Shown here piece by piece: positions 55,467-64,000 of a DNA stretch of 64,000 nt. The notes under the pieces are model-generated. The model had not been told where the DNA came from. It did no database searches and saw only the letters and a list, made by a program, of their open reading frames with translations. This stretch comes from Spirogloea muscicola (taxonomy: Eukaryota): assembly GCA_009602725.1 (NCBI GenBank), contig WELB01000007.1:687697-751696 (forward strand), read 5' to 3'. Every line of letters starts with the position of its first letter. The first letter of the stretch is position 1. Position numbers and translations under genes: made by a program.

Positions 55467-57850
55467 ATGGCTTTTTTGGAGCGCCAGGGCGAGCGGCGGC
55501 GGGACGCGCTCCCGCCGTCGGAGGCGCAGCGCCTCGGCGCGGCCCCGGCGGCCGACCTGGACGTCGGCACGGCGCTCAAGCGCGCCTCCGAGGCCGTGGA
55601 GAAGGCGCCCGTCAGCAGTGTCGGCACCGCCGCCCTCTACTCAGGTCTCACTACAGCCTCTGCGCTTCCGCAGCGGCAGCTGCTGCCGGCATTGCTCGAT
55701 GCGCTACAGCTCCTCCGCCCAGATGGCCTTAAGCGCTGCCCTCGGCGTGACCTGGAGCTGCCCCGCGGCGTTGGTCTCTCTGCGCGTGCTGCAGGCGTCG
55801 CGACGCTGGGCACGCTGGTCGCGGGCTCCGTGCTCGGGTCCGTGGACGTCCTGCCGCTCGTGCCAGAGGCGATTCAGCTCCTCGGCTTCGCTTACTGCAG
55901 CGTGATTGCCAGGTAATGGGTACTGTGACAGTCAGCCACGCCCCTCTTTACAAGTGCGAGCTCAACACGCAGCTGACTATGGGCGCCACCAGTAGTGGCA
56001 CGAGCAAGCAAAGTGCTTGCCGCTGACCTGCGCAGTTTGCCCAATTTGTGCTTGGCAGCCGCTTTGTGACGAGCAAGCAGCTCGACCTCACGCCCTTGTC
56101 GCCCATCAAGACCTTCCTCAGCCTCGTGGAGCAGCCCCAGCTGCCTGCTCTTGCCAAAAGCCTCGTCATCCCAGAGGTTTGTCTTGACTTTGCAGGCATG
56201 ACCTTCTCCAATGCTGAACATGCTCCCAGAAGCTTGACAAATTACTAGAGGGTAAATCCCAACTCCCTTGGTGCCATCTGGTTTGCAGTCTGTGGACCAG
56301 GACGTTGTCGGAGTGCTGCAGGAGCTCGCCGGGCAGCGGGACTCAGCTATCTCACAGGTGACAAGGACGCATGCCTCCAAAATGTACTTTAAATATCACA
56401 GAGAGGTAGACGAGGTTGTCGCTGATTCTCGAGAATGTTGACATTGTATCAAATTGATTCCAACCAGTGACTTCTGCCTTCGGTGCATGCTGTGTTGAGC
56501 AGTTAGGAGAGATGAAGAAGGCCGTGAAGGGCCTCACAAGCGTCAAGGCTGAGAAGGAAGCGCTGGAGGCAGTGGCCCTCCAGCTTGCCCAAGAGAGAGA
56601 CAATGCGGTGTCTCAGGTGTGCCAAGCAGCCGGATTGGGATTGACCAACGAGACTGATTGAGTTGAGCACATCTTGGACTAGAGTATCCATTAGACATCG
56701 TTTTTTGGAATGGCAGGTGATGGCCTTGAAGGGTGCTGTGGATGCCATGACGGAGCGCATGAAAGCAATTGAGGCAATGCTGGAGCAGGAGGTTAAGCAG
56801 CTCAAGCAGCAAAATCAGGCCCTTGAGACGGTGGCACTGCAGCTCGCTGCAGAAAGAGACTCAGCCATCCACAAGGTAGACTCTCAGACAAGCAGACAAC
56901 ATTGTGCAACTAATATACAGACAGTCAGCTTGTGCAAGTGCGTGCGTTGAAGCTATTAATTACATTCCTATTTCAGGCAAAGGAGCTGCAGGAGCAAGTC
57001 GAGGTAGGGTTCGGTGTCTTGAAGGAGAAGAAGGATCTTGAGACGTTCGCTGTCGAAATGACTGCAGAAAGGGACAGTGCAATGGCAGAGATAGCTGAGC
57101 TCAAGGAGGTGAGCTCTTGCTTCTCTGGCTTTTTGGCGCATCAAGACAGCCTGCAGAGCCCGCCAGAATCAATGGCATGCCATTACTATGTTGTCTGTTC
57201 GATGAGGAGCAGATTGCCTCAGTGCTTGAGTGCATGCTACTGCTTTGCCCTGTACTCTGTCGCAGCCCAATAGCAGTGAACTTGTACTACTATAGGCCAG
57301 ATTGGTGCAATCGGGGCTACTAGATCTTGCCAAGCTCCTCACCTGCTTGCATTGGCTTGCCCCCCCCAGGTGGTTGCTGGCCTTTCCTCTTCGGGTTCTG
57401 CTTCCAGATTGACGCCCGAGCAGGAGATTTTCATAAAGGCAAGGATTCGGTCCATCCGAGCAGACTACATTGACATAAACAAGTCTTATGACGAGCAGGT
57501 GCGTTTCTTGACCTGGCAGCTGGTTAATTGCACAAGTTTGTCGTGTCTGTTGACGAGGGTCTGGACAGATATGCTTGATTGGTGCGAGAATTAGTAGAAA
57601 GTCAGTCATCTGTCGGGGTACACTAAAGTGGCTTGCTATACCTGAATTGATTACGTGGCCTTGTGAATTCCAGAGCAGTGCAGTGGACAAGCTTGTGAAT
57701 CACCTGGTGCATGAGTACGGCGCCCCGAGCGAGTGGACAAAGGACTACATGGTAAACTTCTTGGAGTCGTCATCGTCTAGCGGCAGAAGCCTGGGCGTCA
57801 CTGGCGTCCCAAGTCTGGCAGCCGAGAAGGCGGCTCAGACAACCCCTTAG
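55467..57850 (+). CDS. CURT1/CAAD-like membrane domain followed by repeated coiled-coil modules, about 9 exons
   Basis: GSVLGSVDVLPLVPEAIQLLGFAYCS resembles the CAAD pattern (V.AID.IPL.P...ELVG.GY). Four exons end in an LE.VA.QL..ERD.A-type motif. The true start may lie upstream. Confidence 0.7.
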
Positions 57851-58362
57851 GCACGTCATTAAGGAGCTCAGCAGGGGCTTTGCAACGTGTGACGCATATT
57901 ATATTAGTCTATCATTTGTATCGAACGACTCGGATTGTTCTTGTCATGGGCCTTGATGCGCTTTTTCTGAGACTTGGAGCTCACTCTCTGATCCATCACT
58001 GGAGCATAGAACCTAGAAGTGAAGCACAGGCATTCCTTGAGTCTGCTACACATCAGAGCAGTTGCCCCACCTTGCCTAAAAAGGTGAGGGCCATACAAGT
58101 GCTGGCAGCGTTTGTGGCAGCGTTCAATGTGGCCCTGCAAGATTCTGGAGGTCAGAGAGGCTCTACATAGTACGAGTGTTATTGGTGGGCCCAGGGTAGT
58201 GATACTGTGGGTAGCCATGGGCAATTTATGCTCAATGTCTGTGCCTCCTGGTGCAGACGTTGGAAGGAAAAGGAGGTAGAGAGAAAGGAGAATGGAGAGA
58301 GAGGGATGTGAGGAACGAGGGGAGGGACATAGGAAAAAGAATGCGACTGCTGATGGTAAAAG

Positions 58363-59410
58363 AGCGGCTGTCAAAGCCAGCCAGGTGCATACAGAGGGTG
58401 TCCATAGCGGAGCACCAGCAGTGCGCCTCGTTGTTCCCCAGTGTCAGCAATAGTGAGTCAGGTGAGCTGAGGGTAGCAAGAGCAGAGCCAGAGGCTGCTG
58501 CAAGAGAGCGACTGGCTCGGCGGTGTAAAGCAACAAGCTTGGGACCGCTGGAGGGACATAGATGGACGCATGCGGTAGCAGGACACAAGACCCAAAGGCA
58601 CCGAGCCTTCAGGAAGTGCTGCACCCCACTGGCGGCGCCACTCGTCAAAGACAGGAGAGGATGCGAGGGAGGGGGATTTGTCGAGCCTCCCGGGGGTTGG
58701 TCGAGAAGATGCTCAGTGAGTAGCTCTTCCAAAGGAGCGGATGGCTGAAAAGGAGCAGCTCTTTCGTAGGGGTCGAGGGCTGTGACAAGCCAACCTACAA
58801 GAGAGTGAATGAGAGAGAAGGCGCGCGGTGCACATGAAATGAAAGGGAGGCTAATTGCAGCCAATACATTGTTCAGGCAAAAGATAGTGCAAACAAGACA
58901 AGGTGCAAAGGACTTCGAAAGCGCGAGGCCTGCCCAAAGAAGAAGCACCCCTTTCAAAGCCACAAGTCCTTCACAAAAGGGAGCGTTGGCTGTGAAAGGC
59001 CAGCCCCAAAAATGCATAGACAATCAAGGTCCGGAGGGGCCAGGACGACTCGGCAGACCTCGCAGGTGACTACTATGCAGTCATTGACTAGGGCCTATGG
59101 AGCACCCATTTGAAGTAGCCAGATTGAGTAGCTGTGTGGTTTGGTGCTTTTCCGGCCACTTTGGTGACCTTGTCCACACTTGATTGGGCTGGCTTTCACA
59201 GCCATCGCCCCCTTGTCCTATATAGTCATGAACACCATCTGCATGCACCTGGCTGGCTATTACAGCCGCATTTTCATCCTGTTGGTGACACGGGGGTACT
59301 AAGAGCGCCCTGTCTGCCTAGCCTGTGGCTCCGTCAAACTAGTCAAGAGCACCGTCCGTATGCACCTGGCTGGCTCCTATCAGTCGCTCGTTTACTATCA
59401 GCAGCCGCAT
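58363..59410. repeat. Cluster of family A dyads and one family B copy
   Basis: Dyads at about 58365, 58778, 58988, 59187, 59251 and 59369. Family B at 58813-58893. Stretch 59285-59375 matches 42483-42582. Confidence 0.8.
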
Positions 59411-60009
59411 TTCCCTTATTCGAGGATACTTTCTTCTACTTGATTGGGCGACACATCATGCGGAGAGGAAGAAGGAGAGGCACTATAATGACCACCCCCG
59501 GGGCGACCACTTCTTCCCATGCGCCATGGACATACACGGCGGCCACGGAACGAAGTGGTCTTCCCTCCTCCATCGCCTGGCACTGCATGTCGATGCCCGC
59601 CGATGTAGTCGGGCGGGTAGCTTAAGGCATTCTAGCGTCCCGCAAGCCATCGTTGCATGCTAAAGAATGCGGCTTTCATTGAGTCTACAGCGCTCCCAGG
59701 CACTCGCGATACACCAGCGTGCTGGTCGTGCATTAGCCCAGGCTAATAGCTTCCGTAGTGGTGGCTTGGCTCCTCAGTATAGCTTGTCAGATATGCATGT
59801 GCTTACTCGGGGATAATGGTGTCCCCCTTGGCCAGCTCATTTCCCAGTAAAAACGGATATTTGTAAGGCCAAAATTGGAAGCTCATGCGCACTGCACGCC
59901 TTGTCTCTCTACGCAGCCAAACGACCGCCATGCAAGGCTCGAGGAGCAACAGCCTGCAGCCAGGCGGCCGGGCGCTCCTCTGACCGCGGCGGCGGCGGCG
60001 GCGGCGGCG

Positions 60010-60316
60010 ATGGTCGGGGCCGGCGGCAGCGGCGGGAAGCGGAAGCTGAGGTTCAGCTTCAGGCCGGCGAGGCCGCAGACGCCCGGCGGCGGCGGCGGCG
60101 AGGCCAGCCCCNNNNNNNNNNNNNNNNNNNNNNNNNNNNNNNNNNNNNNNNNNNNNNNNNNNNNNNNNNNNNNNNNNNNNNNNNNNNNNNNNNNNNNNNN
60201 NNNNNNNNNNNNNNNNNNNNNNNNNNNNNNNNNNNNNNNNNNNNNNNNNNNNNNNNNNNNNNNNNNNNNNNNNNNNNNNNNNNNNNNNNNNNNNNNNNNN
60301 NNNNNNNNNNNNNNNN

Positions 60317-60347
<31 letters not shown>

Positions 60348-61645
60348 GGCGGAGCCGTCGCTGCCCCCGTCATCTCCCGCAACCTCACGGCGGCGGCGAG
60401 TGCTCCCACAGGCCGGCCAAGACGCCGTGACCAGCCCTCGGACGCCGTCACGGAGTGGTGGCGACGATGGCGGCGGCGGTGGCTGCGACGACGGAGCCGG
60501 CGGCGGCGGCAGTGCCATGGTCCAGAGCCTGCGCGAGGCCTTCGCCAAGGCCCTGGCCAGCGGCCCGGCCGCCGCCGGCCACGCCGCCGCCGCGGAGCTG
60601 GCTCCAGCGTACGCCTGCCAAGCGAGCTCCCGCTCGCCGCCGCTCCCGGCCTCGGTCCTAAGCACAGCTGCTGACGGGCGACGCAGCGCGCCTTCCGCAG
60701 GGCGAGCTACTCGGCTGCGCTGCAGCGCGCTGCGCAGCGGGAGCGGCACCTGCGCCTGGCGTTTGCCAAGCGGCTTCAGGAAGGCCGCCCTCCTCTAGGT
60801 GGGTCCCCACTTTCCTCGGCGAAACGGCCTGTCACATGGCAAGCTGCAGGGGTACACGGCCATGGCTTCTGGCCGTGAGTTGCACTTGCTGCGCCCAGGT
60901 GCCACTGCAAGTCGCCGGACGCTTGAGAGAACCCTCTGGTCTGCTCCGTTTCCTCGCATTCGACTGTGCTGGCAGACCTCTCCAAAGTCGTGGACGTCCG
61001 CGTTCTGGAGAAGAGCCTCGAGGCCCACATTGCCAAGTGCAACTGCCAAGTCCTGCGATCACCTAAGGTGTGCTAGTCACAATTCGGACTACAGTGGTCA
61101 TGCCATTGTGAAGCGCACCCGCATACTTCGTGCGAGATGCGCCAAGGTTGGCAGGGGAGGGCCAGTGATTCCACCTCCTTTGCTTGGTGCGTATGCAGGG
61201 GTGGTTGTTGCCTCCGCCACCTACTCCTGACGGGCAGTCAGATGTCAAGGTGTATGTCATCTTCAGCCTGAAGGGGAGCCTGGACGGCGACATTGAGCCT
61301 CAGCAGGAGATTCGTATACACCCGCCCTGGCAAGTACTCTGTCTCTCGGCCTAGCAGTAATTTTGCAAATTAATTGGCACATGTGTATTGAAAAAAACTA
61401 TAGTAAATAGCAATCCGAAGTGGTACTGTGACTTTTGATGTGAGTTTTGGTTGCACTGCAGGAGGGAGCTCTTTGTAGAAGCAGCCCAGTCGAAGGTTAT
61501 TGTCTGCCCGTCACAATGTGAGACGCTGCTGCCGGTTGCTTCAGCTTGTGAGCTCCCACGTCATCAAGTTCTGCCTTTTTGCTCTCCTGTGCGTCCACCT
61601 TACTCATGTGAACAGCTGAAAGGTCTGTGTAACTCTTGCTTGTGA
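60010..61645 (+). CDS. SPIDR/DUF4502-like OB-fold protein, multi-exon, interrupted by a gap
   Basis: YSAALQRAAQRE...|LSKVVDVRVLEKSLEAHIAKCNC|...VYVIFS....DIEPQQEIRIHPPW|RELFV....VIVC. The I.I.PPW motif pattern is recalled from DUF4502. Confidence 0.6.
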
Positions 61646-62644
61646 CTTCCTGGGAGCAAGTCTCATACACAGTCCCTGCAAGGTGGAGTTTGATAAGCAA
61701 GTAAAGCCTCTTCAAGCAATGGCCAGGTTACTCGTATGTCAATGCAGTGCCAGGTGCTTGCGAAAATTTGCGCTGATGACACCAACGCGCTGGTTACTGA
61801 TTGGCCTGGTGCATCACACCCTTATGGTGTGGAGTACAGACACACATACAAGTGGGCCACCGGTACTGTGATCCAGTGAGGCGGTCCCTGCCAAATGCAC
61901 TCCAACTCTGAGCAGCTTGCCTTGGCCCAGCTTCTCAAGCCAATCTATATGGAGCATGCCGCAAAATCTTGCAAATGCATCCACAACCTAACAGATGTAC
62001 TCTTGCCTGCAGTCTGCTGACACAAACTTCAACCACTTGACGGTGACTGGCGTACATGCAGGGTATGGCAAGCCACAGATGATCAGATGATACTATTGCT
62101 CCTCGCCATCAGCACTCGTGTAGCCACCCAGGGCTTCAATAGATGGGCTTTTCAACACAGGCTGGCACTGCAGGCCAGTGCACGTGACTTGGATTGCCTA
62201 TGGCTGAATGCTTGGGATTGCCATAGCTGTGGTTTACCAGACGAAAACAGGTTTCCTGAAGTGCCTCTTTCCAAATGAGTGATATCACGAAGTACATACA
62301 GAGGAACTTGTACTGCAGTACCCGACATTACATTACTACTGATGCTGTTTTGCAGTGATTGTATACCCCACTACTACTACAATACTCTCCCAAAGGTAGA
62401 CCAATGCAACTTGGGGATGGAATTCTGCAAATATGGGCGATACTCCTATCTGCAGCAAGTATCGTGACTATCTCCCGTTGCTGACAGGTCGGTGACTTTG
62501 AAGTACTGCTTTACACCCATATCTTGTGACCTGAACATATGCACATGTTGGGACGCTCACAAGAGCTGGACAATTAAGAAGGATCAGGCAGTGGCTCCGG
62601 TAATTGCAAGAGTGGGCAGGTGCACCTCCATTGCTGCTTTCTAG

Positions 62645-64000
62645 CTAATTGCGGTGCCCCATAGTGGCACTCTCTGACCCCGCCATAGGATCGATGATGA
62701 CATTGATCAAAGCGGGTTTCTTGGCGCCAAATGCCTCAGTAACGGCCACCTCCAATTCCTGCAGCGTTTGGCAGCAACATGATGTTGACTATTTAAAGTG
62801 CACGCAACAAGAGCAGCCTCGATGTGGGGGGTCCAATGACAGTGGGACCCTTGTCATGCTCGCATTGCTTCAAGAAAAACCTTGGGGCTACAATCTGTAT
62901 TCAATGGCCAACTTACACTTAACAAGAATGCAGCAAAGTTGCTGGGTTCAAGACCCTGGTTGCAGCTGCTACACTTACTTGCGAGGTGGTGACATGGTAG
63001 CCTTTGCCACCGAAGGCCTCCATAAGGAGGTCATACTTGGCATCTGGCACAAACGCAGTGGGCGCAGGGTCTGACGCAATGGCCTCTGGTAAGGATACTG
63101 GAGCTCGTCGTTCGCCACCATATACACCACCATTGTTCATGACAATGATCACAATGGGTAGCTTGTACCTAACCATTGTCTGCCAACAGCAGGAGCAATT
63201 GATCACGACGCTGCAGCTTCTGTGACAGGATGTCAATGGAATAGGTCTGCAGCAGCAAGCTGCTGACTCGCAAGCGGATGCATTCATGTGAATGCTGAAA
63301 AATACTGCGGTCCTAGAAGGCCACACTATGGCAGAAGGGCCTTAAGATGACAGTCCAAGACCTCTCACCTCTACCTCCATGCCGCTGAAGCCAAATGCAG
63401 AGTCGCCCTCCACAGCAACCACCAACCTCTCCGGCTCGACCACAGCCGCGGCAATGGCATAGCCCAGCCCAACTCCCATGGTGCCCCATGTGCCGGCATC
63501 CAGCCGCGTGCGGGGCTCTTTTTGTTCAAGGATCGCTCGGCCGATGTCCATCGTGTTGGCCCCTTCTGACACGAGGATTGGTGCTGGCTTCCCTAGCGCT
63601 GAAATTGCATCCCGGATGATCCTCAGGGAGCAGTGGAAGTTGAGCGGGGATGTATTCTTGGCCAGCATTGCAGACATTTTCTCCACATTTCCTCTAGCCT
63701 TGCGCTGCAGGGGACACCAGTATGAGTGTCTCCCTCAAGTTCAAATGAGTGATACTTGCACAAATAAGCTGTGCGTCTAAGCAACCGACTGACCTGAATG
63801 GCCTGCAGCCAATCTTGACAGTGCAATTTATCTTTCACAAGCTGCGTCAGCTGCTCCATAACCACTCTGGCGTCCCCCAACAGAGGCACCGCCGGATTCC
63901 GCAGCTCCAGCTCCTTTCCGTCAATGTCGATGAGGATGAACTTGGCATCAGCTGACCACCTGGCAAAACGACAGCACCTGAGTGCAAGCTTCCTCTTGGA
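62645..64000 (-). CDS. HACL1: 2-hydroxyacyl-CoA lyase / oxalyl-CoA decarboxylase (TPP enzyme), 3' part; continues beyond the window
   Basis: VSEGANTMDIGR, RTRLDAGTWGTMGVGLGYAIAAA, TPP motif VEGDSAFGFSGMEVE|T...NNGG, and the last exon KPALINVIIDP.AGSES. Confidence 0.95.

Overview
Eukaryotic nuclear DNA that is gene-dense and intron-rich, with extremely GC-rich first exons. Plant-type orthologues (PRORP, H-type glucan phosphorylase, pectin methylesterase, plant-type TFIIIA) and TTTAGGG repeats suggest a green plant lineage, probably a streptophyte alga (inference). About 17 spliced protein-coding genes can be reconstructed by hand: SOUL, RUVBL2, RSL1D1, a G3P/OPA transporter, TFIIIA, PHS2, PRORP, DUF3598-like, BAG-domain, PME, a tweety-like membrane protein, a small conserved protein, ZCCHC9-like, rhodanese/TrhO-like, a CURT1/CAAD coiled-coil protein, SPIDR/DUF4502-like and HACL. 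There are also two orphan gene ends at scaffold joins. The most unusual signal is non-coding: a repeat family built around a dyad GGCTG-N7/8-CAGCC (about 25 copies counted by eye). It occurs as dispersed monomers (one with a 12-bp target duplication), a 110/111-bp tandem array and inward- or outward-facing inverted pairs, and it brackets fragments of CRE-like RLE retrotransposons. Also notable are at least six GC-AG introns and an 8-finger TFIIIA with no visible 5S-mimic exon. N-gaps and poly-T runs are assembly artefacts. All gene models and family assignments come from motif recognition, not database searches.
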